Shown one piece after another: positions 47,201 to 55,779 of a stretch of 64,000 bases of DNA. The notes under the pieces were generated by a model, which was given only the letters and a program-made list of their open reading frames with translations, searched no databases and was not told the DNA's origin. Location of the stretch: NCBI GenBank assembly GCA_035652655.1, contig DASRDJ010000381.1, positions 25,102-89,101 of the forward strand, given 5' to 3'. The position numbers and the translations under genes are program-made. The stretch is from Terriglobales bacterium. Its GTDB lineage: Bacteria; Acidobacteriota; Terriglobia; Terriglobales; Acidobacteriaceae. Within the stretch, counting starts at the first letter, position 1. Every line of letters starts with the position of its first letter.

Positions 47201-48494
47201 TGCGGTGGGGATCGCGAATGCGTCTCTAGCGATGGGCAATACGAGTGACGCTGAGGCAGCACTTGCCAGCGTTCAATCGACCGATGATATTGAGGCCAAG
47301 CAAAACTACGCGTACCTCGTTGCCCGTGGAAACGTCTACCGTCAGCGTGGTGACAGCTATCATGCGCTCTCGGCTTTCGCCCAGGCAAACGAGATTGATC
47401 CAGAAGATCCGTCCGCGCGCAATGCGGAGTTTGAACTTTCGGAGGACGAAGGGCGCCAGATTACACAGAACCTCGCAGTGGGGTCCCAATTTCACGTAGC
47501 GCCAATCTTTGAAGACACTAATATTTATCAGCTGGATGCACGGCTTCGTGGGTTCCAAAACGGCGGCCTTCTGTTGCCTCCTCCTCGCCATTCCGTCGAA
47601 ACATTTGCAGACGCGCGCTATCACCTGCATATTGGCGGTCTGCCAACCATCAGTGGTTTTGTCGGAGAGCGCAACGCAAACGGAACCATTTCGATTCCGA
47701 GCCAGCTTCTGATTCAGAAAAGGAATACGCTCGACACGATCTTCAACTTCGGCGTAACGCCCGTTTTGCGATTGGGGAATCTGAGGTTCAGTGTGACACC
47801 AGGACTTCAGTTCACACTTCGAAGAGACACGCTCGCTCCGGTCGACATGAATCAGAATCTGTTCCGGCAATTTTTGTACGTCTCCAGCAGTCCGATCGGA
47901 AATTGGCTTTCATTTTCAGGTAACGTCATTCGCGAAGCGGGGCCATTCACGCAACAGACGCTACACTCCAGAGACTTTTCTGGAACGCTGGAATTTCGGT
48001 TAGGGAGGCCTTGGGGGAAGACCGCGTTCTTGACGGGCTACACAGGACGCGATCTGCTCTTCCGTCCCTCCATCCACGAATACTTCACCACCAGCACGTA
48101 CGCGGGGGTGGAACGGCGTTTCGGAGAAAGCCTCAGAGTCACAGCCATTGGCGAATATCTTCGAGCTTGGAGAGTCGAAGGCACTGAATTTGCCATCGCA
48201 CAGACAATTCGTCCCAACTTTACGGTGGACGCCAAAATAAACAAGCACTGGTCGATCAATGCAGGAGGCCTATGGTCTAGAGGCGAAGGCTTTCACTCGT
48301 ACGATAGCGTCGACAGCCGCTTCCTGGTGTCGTACGTTCGCGAGACGCGCGCGAAACGGACGGATGGCGTGCAAAGCGCCTCGGTTTCTTACCCGATGCG
48401 GTTTTCCTTCGGTGTTCAGCAGCAGACTTTCTACGATTTTCCAGGGCACAGCCACACCTCCATCGTCCCGGTAGTTTCTTTTACGTTGTTCTAA
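44289..48494 (+). CDS. giant TPR-repeat protein with C-terminal outer-membrane beta-barrel-like domain (BcsC/PgaA/PelB-like architecture)
   Basis: A TTG at 44289 gives the leader MVYLPHKSRRFVCLAMLLFIGGTTSLWAQ (alternative ATG at 44334; track start 44109). About 950 aa of TPR-like repeats, then about 430 aa with an alternating beta pattern ending ...VPVVSFTLF. Confidence 0.8.
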   Translation: MVYLPHKSRRFVCLAMLLFIGGTTSLWAQTFEVGSPDNSQPNHQHQKAQPHQPSSDSGMGWGSSIEVAREARAAREALQRNENRSAAAHAARAAKAAPQNPDLWFLYAYAARLAGDYQASVNAYTRGLQARPSSIEGLSGLAQTYAKMGRSKEAEEMLKRVLAANPSSDADLRLAGELTLNTDPKLALAYLSRADAIRPSARTELLMARAYQRAGDQNKAKELLERARNRAPRDSEVVRSVAAYYRDTGQYDLAISTLKSLPSEAPSYLSELGYTYELSGKRAEAADIFLKAANAAPSEVELQLTAAQAQVNAKRASRAEPLLQRVEASAPSHYRLHAIRGSIARSAHDNGIAIREYQTAVSAMPASVPEGMLYPIALRLELAQLYREAGRAEESDSQAETARSALSQLDIQGQERPEFLRLKAASAIDSGDYAEAEADFHEALQLQPSNVNVLLNYGNLLRSTKRGADAAKMYVKVLDVDPQNAPALESLGYLARESGDPQAAAEYFNKLNRVDPNDYVGYLAMGDLATDTRDFKAAQANYEHAYALAKDNPLIIARAMNAALEDHQIPTAKYWLDRASETQRTNPEVMREHERYLTITGNYQESAKLGYQVIQKLPRDPEAPVYLAYDLLFMNRYDEAMEIVRRFQPVLPKDKDLPLIAGYVLAHEGQKQEAVKAFSRALQNDPNMATGYMNRGYVWNDMRMATNAEQDFRKALILRPDYGEAHLGLAYSLLQLRRPQAALKEADLAEKSLGESGTIHLARAEAYRQRSMFEKAEGEYQQALKTQTGDANIYMALAETQVRLRDYQASITSLQKALTISPNNHLASAQMATSYATLGNAPSALQAVGKAESGEGNTDYRTLLATAGALQILGQRDQAMERYSRALDLSNADRLHVRLALGRFFAQQHKAADAQQQVSLGFAEARVSDPDIVTAEDYLEAADILMSINQFPLAQQLFARAQSLGAEDVTVAVGIANASLAMGNTSDAEAALASVQSTDDIEAKQNYAYLVARGNVYRQRGDSYHALSAFAQANEIDPEDPSARNAEFELSEDEGRQITQNLAVGSQFHVAPIFEDTNIYQLDARLRGFQNGGLLLPPPRHSVETFADARYHLHIGGLPTISGFVGERNANGTISIPSQLLIQKRNTLDTIFNFGVTPVLRLGNLRFSVTPGLQFTLRRDTLAPVDMNQNLFRQFLYVSSSPIGNWLSFSGNVIREAGPFTQQTLHSRDFSGTLEFRLGRPWGKTAFLTGYTGRDLLFRPSIHEYFTTSTYAGVERRFGESLRVTAIGEYLRAWRVEGTEFAIAQTIRPNFTVDAKINKHWSINAGGLWSRGEGFHSYDSVDSRFLVSYVRETRAKRTDGVQSASVSYPMRFSFGVQQQTFYDFPGHSHTSIVPVVSFTLF

Positions 48495-48561
48495 GAACGC
48501 TCACGCAGCCGAAGCTGGAGCGAAGAAAGTTAAGTAAAGCATTATCGACTCGACGGGCCCG

Positions 48562-50583
48562 ATGGAACAAGTCGCCAACACAACGATCAGCAACCTGGTT
48601 TCTCCTCCTGAGCCTGATCGAAGCACATTGAGAAGCCGCATGCTGCGTGGCAGCGCCATTCTGCTATTCAGTACGGGACTCGTCAGCGCCACGAACCTGC
48701 TTTACAACATTGCAATTGCACGCGGACTTGGTGCGGCCGGTTTCGGGCATGCGACGGCGATCTACACCCTGCTGATGTTGCTTTCGGCGGTTACTCTGGC
48801 CTACCAGTTAGTCTGCTCCAAACTTGTGGCCAAGTCCCCGAACCTGGAAGGCAAAGCCGCAATCTACAAAGACCTTCTCCGGCGATCCTGGCAAACGGGG
48901 CTTCTACTGGGGACTCTCATTGCGATTGGGAGTCGGGGAATCGCCGCTTATTTACACCTGCCATCGGCACACGACATCGTTCTCCTGGGTGTTGGAACTG
49001 CCATCTACGTGCCTCTCGGCGTGCGGCGAGGAATGGTCTTGGGATTGTACGACTTTACCCGCCTTGCCGTTAACTTCGTTGTCGAAGCGATCGTAAAGAT
49101 CGTCGGCGCAGTAGTTTTACTTCACTATGGTTTCGGTGTTAGCGGAGTGATTGCAGCCGTTGTGGGATCCATCGCGGTCGCATATCTGGCCGCTGTTCCT
49201 GGGGTCTCCCTCAATACCATTGCAAATCACCAGAGCCGAGCCTCTTTTCGGGAAGGAATGCAGGCGATTGTGTTCTTTTGCGGTCAGGTAATCATCAGCA
49301 ATCTGGATATCCTTTTCGTTAAACATTACTTCATCGCTGATGTTGCGGGGCAATATGCCGCAGTCGCCCTGGTGGGGCGAGTTGTTTACATGTTTTCGTG
49401 GTCGGTCATCAGCAGCATGTTCCCGGTTTCAGCAGCGTCCACCAAGCGCACGTCAAGTCGCACAGTTCTGAAGACCGCGCTCTGGGTGGTGGCCAGCATG
49501 ACAGCAATGTTCACGCTAGCGGCCTGGATTGCCCCTGCGTCCTTATGGCGCGCCGTGTTAGGCGCGAACTTTCTGAATGCGAGCCACGTGTCCTTCTCGT
49601 CGTTATTGGCTTCGTACAGTGCGATGACCAGCATCTACTCGCTGGCCGTTGTTCTGTTGGCGTACGAGATGTCTCGCAAGATTGCCAACGCAACCTGGGT
49701 CCAATTGGCTTTCAGCGCCCTGCTGCCGGCTGGAATCGCGTTATTCCATGACTCGCTGCAGCAAGTGATCATGGTTCAGTTGCTGCTCATGCTGGGGCTC
49801 TTGCTGGCGGTGAGCCTCCCATTCATTCCGGAGATCGTCTCTGAAGAAAACGATTCATTCTTTGCAGGGACTCTTCCGGGATTCTCGAAAGTACGACGTG
49901 CTCACGAATCTGAGGTGATTGCTGAATTCTTGCGAGCAGAGTTTTACCAGCCGGAATTCGATCGTTACCGCGAAGAGTTCAGCAGCGTGGTCGCGAATGC
50001 GGACCTCATGGACGCGCGTCAGAATGCGATTCGAAAAGCCCTGTTGTTTCGACGTCGAGGAAGGCTGTGGCGTGAATTGCCTGATGATACGCAATGGTGG
50101 GAGATCGAGCTTCAGCCGGCGGATCTGCCCAGAATACGCGCATTTCCGCGGAAGCAATGGCGCAGGTTCGCTGAGGGTGATTTCTATCTAACACGTATGG
50201 TGGCTCGAATCAGAACGACGGTGGAGTCGCGGGAACGCGATTGGTTTTCTGAGAAAGTTCGTTCGGTGGCTGCAGATCTGCAAGGCAACCGAGTGCCTAA
50301 TGCGGTTCTACTCATTGGCGTGGATGAACGCAGCCCCCTGACCATTATCGAGGGCAACCATCGGATGGCGGCCGCGATGTTGGTAACACCCGAAACCGTC
50401 AGTCACCAGTTTCGCTTCTACTGCGGTCTCTCGCCGAGGATGACACGATGTTGTTGGTATCAGACCGACGTTCGCAGCTTGACGCGGTATGCCAGCAACA
50501 TTGTTCGCTATCTGTTCCACGACAGGGATTTCTTTATTGAAAGGCGGTTGCGCAACAAGGCTGGTGAACCTTCAGGGGATTGA
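48562..50583 (+). CDS. MOP/PST-family polysaccharide transporter (Wzx/PelG-like) fused to a C-terminal soluble domain
   Basis: The first ~420 aa are multi-TM (LLFSTGLVSATNLLYNIAIARGLGAAGFG...). The last ~250 aa are soluble and Arg/Trp-rich, with LTIIEGNHRMAAAMLV. Confidence 0.85.
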   Translation: MEQVANTTISNLVSPPEPDRSTLRSRMLRGSAILLFSTGLVSATNLLYNIAIARGLGAAGFGHATAIYTLLMLLSAVTLAYQLVCSKLVAKSPNLEGKAAIYKDLLRRSWQTGLLLGTLIAIGSRGIAAYLHLPSAHDIVLLGVGTAIYVPLGVRRGMVLGLYDFTRLAVNFVVEAIVKIVGAVVLLHYGFGVSGVIAAVVGSIAVAYLAAVPGVSLNTIANHQSRASFREGMQAIVFFCGQVIISNLDILFVKHYFIADVAGQYAAVALVGRVVYMFSWSVISSMFPVSAASTKRTSSRTVLKTALWVVASMTAMFTLAAWIAPASLWRAVLGANFLNASHVSFSSLLASYSAMTSIYSLAVVLLAYEMSRKIANATWVQLAFSALLPAGIALFHDSLQQVIMVQLLLMLGLLLAVSLPFIPEIVSEENDSFFAGTLPGFSKVRRAHESEVIAEFLRAEFYQPEFDRYREEFSSVVANADLMDARQNAIRKALLFRRRGRLWRELPDDTQWWEIELQPADLPRIRAFPRKQWRRFAEGDFYLTRMVARIRTTVESRERDWFSEKVRSVAADLQGNRVPNAVLLIGVDERSPLTIIEGNHRMAAAMLVTPETVSHQFRFYCGLSPRMTRCCWYQTDVRSLTRYASNIVRYLFHDRDFFIERRLRNKAGEPSGD

Positions 50584-50601
50584 AAATGTTCGCGGGCAAG
50601 G

Positions 50602-51468
50602 TTACTGCTGCGCGGAGCCCGGCTCTATCCTCGTGGCTTCATATTTCGTTCCGTCGAACTCAGCGTGGACAACGACGTCCGCCCCCTGCTTGAGGCGGAG
50701 CCTCTCATTTGGCGGAAGGGAGCGAAGGCCGACTTCAAAGGAATTTTCTCCAGACTGCTCGTAAAGGGTGAGATGCGAATCGCGAAGATCAATTACCGCG
50801 ATGCGCCCCGTGAATACGAAGGCACTGCCGGGTCGTGCCATAACGTTGATCTTCTCAGCGACGCTGGGTCCGTCAGAAACTCCCTGAAAATTTATCTGGA
50901 CGAGTGACCCTGCGACCAGTTGGGACGCGTTCATCCCTTGATCCCCAGAGCGAATTTCGGTCCGCGGCGTCACGCGCAAATTCAGGGGCTGCGCGGAGAT
51001 GATATCGCGCACTTTGAGTAGTCTGCGATCGGGGTCGTAACTTAGAACCTGTCCCTCGGTTTCTCCCAAAATCGAACCAGCGCCTTCAATGTGGAGCGTC
51101 TTGGCGAAAACTCTTCCGTCTTTCTGGATCGAGTCCACATAGACGCGCGTTCCGGTACGTACCTCCCGAAGTTCAGCAAGGGCGGCACCGCGCATGACTC
51201 TTGTGCGTACGTCGAAGTCGATAGTGAAGTCGCCTCCTCCGAACGCACGCAGGACGATCCGGTCATGGATAGGGTCAACCTTCCGCACAGTTCCGCCGAT
51301 CAGGCTTGCCGGGGCTGCTGCCGGTAGAGGCGCAACGTCAGGCAAGTCTGAGCGTTTTGAATTCACGACCTCAATCCCCGTCGTCGCCGGGGCCGTGGTT
51401 ATTTGCGGTGTGGCAGGGGGTATACACCCCACCAAAATCGCGAGAGACACGCTCAGCTTGAGACACAT
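50602..51468 (-). CDS. lipoprotein with three-fold internal repeat (DUF5666-like?)
   Basis: ATG at 51468 gives MCLKLSVSLAILVGC (lipobox). Three similar ~80-aa modules each end in a G..V.V...DG...A..I pattern. The track ORF extends to 51546. Confidence 0.6.
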   Translation of the reverse strand: MCLKLSVSLAILVGCIPPATPQITTAPATTGIEVVNSKRSDLPDVAPLPAAAPASLIGGTVRKVDPIHDRIVLRAFGGGDFTIDFDVRTRVMRGAALAELREVRTGTRVYVDSIQKDGRVFAKTLHIEGAGSILGETEGQVLSYDPDRRLLKVRDIISAQPLNLRVTPRTEIRSGDQGMNASQLVAGSLVQINFQGVSDGPSVAEKINVMARPGSAFVFTGRIAVIDLRDSHLTLYEQSGENSFEVGLRSLPPNERLRLKQGADVVVHAEFDGTKYEATRIEPGSAQQ

Positions 51469-51570
51469 TCGGGGTTCGGATGCTGGGATCAGGCTCAAGG
51501 GTTGGCCTGAAAAAGCGAATGTTTCAACCAAACTGTGGCCGACCAAAAAGCATCGAAGCTGCGGTTATCT

Positions 51571-52878
51571 ATGGATGCTGCCAACACATCGAGATGGCTT
51601 TTGCGAGTCGGTATCACTGCTCTCCTGGTAGGAATGGCGTCGCGCGTGAGTGCAGGAGACTTCAGGATCAGCATTCCGAAACACAGTCGGCTGACGCCCG
51701 TGCAACAGCTGAATCGCGAAGGCGTAAAGGATGCCAAGAAGGGCCGTCTTGCCAAGGCGAAGGAAAGATTTGTCAAAGCTTACCTGTTGGACCCGAATGA
51801 TCCGTTCACGCTGAATAACCTCGGCTACGTGGCCGAATTGGAAGGCGATGTCGACCGAGCCTTGCGATACTACCAGCTCGCAGCTGGAGTACAGACCGAA
51901 GCCGTGATCGACGAAGCCACGATCTCAGGGCTGAAAGGGCAACCTGTAGTTGCAGCGTTCCAATCTTCGAAAACTTCCGCCTATCAAACCAACAAGGCAA
52001 ATTTCCAGGCGATGGCGCTGATCGAAAAAGGGCGAATCTTTGAGGCAGAGCTGGCCTTGAAACGCGCTGTTCAAGCCGATCCCCAGAATCCATTTCTGCT
52101 TGACAGTCTCGGCTACGTGATGGAATCGGAAGGTGACCTGAAGGCAGCTCTCCAATATTACACAGCAGCCGAGGCACTCCATTCCGATGAGCGTGTATTT
52201 TTAACTCCTGTAAAGAAATGGCGCGGGAAACCGATCAGTGAAGTTGCCGGCCGTAGTGCGAGCGCGGTCCGAGATGCCCAGGCGAAAGGCGAGGACACGG
52301 AGACCCGCGTTTCACGGTTGAACCTCCAGGGAGTGTCAGCTCTCAATCACGCTAATGCCGCTGACGCCCAGAAGTACTTTGCCGATGCTTACCAGCTCGA
52401 TCCCTCAAATTCCTTCACGCTTAATAATATCGGCTACATCGATGAACTGGCTGGGGACCGGGAAAGCGCACAGATGTATTACGACGCGGCCCGCACAGCT
52501 CAACAATCGAGTGAGCGAGTGACGTATTCGACTCGCTCCGAAGCGGAAGGGCGGCGGATTGGATCGCTGGCGCAGACCAATGAAGGCGACGTGGACGCAA
52601 CCTTGAAGGCGATCCAGCAAAGGAAGAGACAGGCCAAACAGCCAATTCGATTGATGGTTCGCGGCGGAAACGCCATCGAGCCAGTCGGCGACTCCAAGCC
52701 GCAGGCGCCGATCAGCGTACCAACCCCAGCGTTGCCACCGGCCAGATTGCCCGAACGCGACGTTGCACCCGAGAGCGCCGTACCGCAGGTTGATCAAACG
52801 AGTTCGCCATCTGCTCCGCCTTCAACATCTCAACCTGCACCGGCGCAGCAACCGCCCTCCCCCCAGGCGGATCAGTGA
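51571..52878 (+). CDS. secreted TPR-repeat protein
   Basis: Signal peptide from ATG 51571. Three repeats of LNNLGYV.E.EGD...A..YY..A and a Pro/Gln/Ser-rich tail. Confidence 0.8.
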   Translation: MDAANTSRWLLRVGITALLVGMASRVSAGDFRISIPKHSRLTPVQQLNREGVKDAKKGRLAKAKERFVKAYLLDPNDPFTLNNLGYVAELEGDVDRALRYYQLAAGVQTEAVIDEATISGLKGQPVVAAFQSSKTSAYQTNKANFQAMALIEKGRIFEAELALKRAVQADPQNPFLLDSLGYVMESEGDLKAALQYYTAAEALHSDERVFLTPVKKWRGKPISEVAGRSASAVRDAQAKGEDTETRVSRLNLQGVSALNHANAADAQKYFADAYQLDPSNSFTLNNIGYIDELAGDRESAQMYYDAARTAQQSSERVTYSTRSEAEGRRIGSLAQTNEGDVDATLKAIQQRKRQAKQPIRLMVRGGNAIEPVGDSKPQAPISVPTPALPPARLPERDVAPESAVPQVDQTSSPSAPPSTSQPAPAQQPPSPQADQ

Positions 52879-52940
52879 AGCACTGGCCCCGTGCCGCAAG
52901 CTCTGCTCGTCGTTATGAGACCGTATCAAGGAGTCGTGTC

Positions 52941-54464
52941 ATGAGCAATAAGCGCCTGTTCCCGAGACTGTTGACTCTGTTTCCTCTCGGAGTCTTGGTG
53001 TCTTTCATGATTGGATGCCAAGGATTGGCAAAGGCACCGGCAGGTGGAACGACCAGCGGGAATAGTCTGCAAACATCAGTCAACCACATCATTTTCCTCG
53101 CACAGGAAAATCGATCCTTCGATCACTATTTTGGGGCCATGAGGCAGTATTGGGCTGATTACGGTTACGCTGACCAGGCTTTCAATGGTCTGCCGCAGTT
53201 TCCCAGCTCCTCTCCATCGGGGCCTGCGCCAACAAATCCGGGTTGTGATCCAGCCTTCGCATTTCCCGGTAGCGATTGCACCATCGATGCGCAAGGTCCC
53301 ACCGTGACCTCGTATCACTTGAAGACACAGTGCGTGGAGAATCCCAGTCCGTCATGGAATGAAAGCCACGTCGACTTAAGCTTCAGCGATCCCACCAGGG
53401 CGCCCTCAGGCAGCAACTCAGCATCTTTTTTGAATGGATTTGTCTATACGGCCGCACACGATGCACGCACGATTCAGCCTCCCTTCAATGATGTCACTGG
53501 CCAAAGGAGCATGGGCTACTACGACGGCAGCGATCTGAACTACTACTACTTCATGGCCTCAAACTTCGCGACCTCTGATTCGTGGTTCTCGCCTGTGATG
53601 ACTCGAACTCCTCCCAACCGGATGTACCTTATTGCGGGAACCTCGCAAGGCCACGCGTACGAACTGCGTGCCAACAGTACGCTGCTCACCGCCCCAATCA
53701 TTTTCCAGCGCCTGCAAGAGAAAGGCATTACGTGGAAGATATATGTCCATCCAGGTGCGAACGGATGTTCCACGGCCACGTGTCTTTATCAGCTAAGCTA
53801 TATTCAGAACTTCACCTACGGACCAACCATCCTGAGCCAGTTTCCGCAAAATATTGTTCCCGATTCACAATTCCTCACTGATGCACAGAATGGAACTCTT
53901 CCACAAGTAGCGATGATCGAGCCTCCGTCGGAAGTGGGGCTGGATGAGCACCCGGCGGACTACGATGCCAATCCACCCTGCTGCAGCGTGCAGGCGGGGG
54001 CCAACTACGTATCATCTCTCGTGGGCGCGCTTATGAGTGGTCCGTCCTGGAAGGATTCAATCTTTGTATTGACGTTCGACGAGTTTGGCGGCTTCTATGA
54101 CCACGTACCGCCACAGCCAGCCGTCAGTCCCGATGGGATCAAACCCAACGATTTGCTACCCGGGGATGTTTGCACTTCGGTGACTGGTCCGACTTGTGAC
54201 TTTACCTTCACTGGCTATCGTATTCCGATGATCGTGATTTCACCCTTCACGAAGAAGCACTATGTGTCGCATACAACGGCCGACAACACTGCGATTCTCA
54301 GGCTGATCGAAAAGCGGTTCAGCATCGACCCTTTGAGCAACCGGGATGCCGCGCAAATGGATATGACGGAATTCTTTGAATTCGGCAATCCGGCTTGGGT
54401 GACACCCCCGTCGCCGCCGGCGCAGACTATGAGTGGTCCGTGTTATCTGGATTCACTTCCTTGA
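52941..54464 (+). CDS. phosphoesterase family protein (phospholipase C / AcpA acid phosphatase family), lipoprotein
   Basis: AAGGAG RBS and lipobox FMIGC. Hallmark IIFLAQENRSFDHYFG, plus FDEFGGFYDHVPP and GYRIPMIVISPF. Confidence 0.87.
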   Translation: MSNKRLFPRLLTLFPLGVLVSFMIGCQGLAKAPAGGTTSGNSLQTSVNHIIFLAQENRSFDHYFGAMRQYWADYGYADQAFNGLPQFPSSSPSGPAPTNPGCDPAFAFPGSDCTIDAQGPTVTSYHLKTQCVENPSPSWNESHVDLSFSDPTRAPSGSNSASFLNGFVYTAAHDARTIQPPFNDVTGQRSMGYYDGSDLNYYYFMASNFATSDSWFSPVMTRTPPNRMYLIAGTSQGHAYELRANSTLLTAPIIFQRLQEKGITWKIYVHPGANGCSTATCLYQLSYIQNFTYGPTILSQFPQNIVPDSQFLTDAQNGTLPQVAMIEPPSEVGLDEHPADYDANPPCCSVQAGANYVSSLVGALMSGPSWKDSIFVLTFDEFGGFYDHVPPQPAVSPDGIKPNDLLPGDVCTSVTGPTCDFTFTGYRIPMIVISPFTKKHYVSHTTADNTAILRLIEKRFSIDPLSNRDAAQMDMTEFFEFGNPAWVTPPSPPAQTMSGPCYLDSLP

Positions 54465-54525
54465 ATTGCGGGCGTAGCAGGAAAATACGGGCAAAACGAA
54501 TGAAGAAGGAGAGCGGCCCGCCAAC

Positions 54526-55779
54526 TTAACGGCTTCGTGCGCTCAGGTCCTTTTCGATTTGCCGCATCATCCAGCGCCTTCCAGGTATGCCATTGCGGGC
54601 GCGACGCAGGCGCGAGTAGCTCTTGAGCATGCGGACGCGCTGGTGCATGTCGAATGAGCGAGTGTATTCGCGAATGATTTGCGGCATGCTCATCTGTAGA
54701 GCCGCGCTGAAATTGCCCTGAGCCATGACTCGCAGTCGTTCAGGATTACGAAACATCGCAACCAGCTGGTCGGCCATGCTATCGACACTATTCGCCGAGA
54801 AGAATTCCATGGAGACCTGCTCTTGCTGGGCCAACTCTACGAAGTCTTCGATGTCCGGCGCCAGGATCGGCAATCCATATTGACATGCAAGGTGAGCCAC
54901 ACCGCTTGATCCGGCTGAAGATGTATAAGGCAGCACAGTCAGGCTCGCCGTACGAAACAAATCTGCCAGGTCGTTTTCCGGGACGTAGCCCAAGAAACGT
55001 ATCCGCCGATTGTGTCGGACATCTCTCGCGACGCTATGAACATAGCCCGGGGTCTTTGGATGGTCGCCTCCTGCAATCACCAACTCCGAGGGCGGCAATT
55101 GCGGCACTACTCGTTCGTACGCGGCGACCAGCGCCTCAAGCCGCTTATAGGTGCCCCATTTGCCGAACGCGAGGATCCGATGGATAGGGTCCCCGCGCAA
55201 CGCAAAGTTCGGTGGTTCTGGCCGGCTGGCAAAGATTCCGTGATGTCGGATGTTGACCCGACCGCGCTGATACTTCTCACGCAGTGTCTTGTGATACGCG
55301 GGTAGCAAAACCGACACAGAGTTCGCAGACAACAGGAAATGCGTAGCCACGCGGCCAGCTAGTTTATACAGCACCGGCGATTTCACGCCCGCGTCAGACA
55401 GGTTCACCGTTTCAAACAACTGGTGCAACGTGACATGGGTGTAGCACGAGCAGAGCCGGGTCAGCGCAGGCGTGGTGAGGCCGAAGAAAGCCGGGAGAGG
55501 TTTCCCCCCAAAACTGGCGAAGCCCAAGTTGTACCAGACGACGTCTGGCTTCAGACGGTTAATCGTGCGAAGCAAAGAGACGGGATTCCCCAGACGATTG
55601 AATCCCCAGCATCGGATTACGGAGAATCCCGGAATTTCTTCGCCCGGTTCCGCCAGATCATCTCCAAGGACCGTCAACTCCAGCCCCGGGTGCTGGCGGA
55701 GTTGTTCAGCGATATGGAATCCATACTCGTTTAAACCGTGCCTGCTGGGAGGGAAGGCCGTGACCAGGGCGATTTTCAT
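54526..55779 (-). CDS. glycosyltransferase family 4
   Basis: MKIALVTAFPPSRHGLNEYG... and a C-terminal GT-B pattern (LTVLPYTSSAGSSGVAHLACQYGLPILA). ATGA overlap with the upstream GT2 gene. Confidence 0.87.
   Translation of the reverse strand: MKIALVTAFPPSRHGLNEYGFHIAEQLRQHPGLELTVLGDDLAEPGEEIPGFSVIRCWGFNRLGNPVSLLRTINRLKPDVVWYNLGFASFGGKPLPAFFGLTTPALTRLCSCYTHVTLHQLFETVNLSDAGVKSPVLYKLAGRVATHFLLSANSVSVLLPAYHKTLREKYQRGRVNIRHHGIFASRPEPPNFALRGDPIHRILAFGKWGTYKRLEALVAAYERVVPQLPPSELVIAGGDHPKTPGYVHSVARDVRHNRRIRFLGYVPENDLADLFRTASLTVLPYTSSAGSSGVAHLACQYGLPILAPDIEDFVELAQQEQVSMEFFSANSVDSMADQLVAMFRNPERLRVMAQGNFSAALQMSMPQIIREYTRSFDMHQRVRMLKSYSRLRRARNGIPGRRWMMRQIEKDLSARSR

Noticed and set aside
47226-47870. 214-aa ORF antisense to the TPR/barrel gene
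   Set aside because: It lies within a continuous 4.2 kb coding frame and has no motifs.
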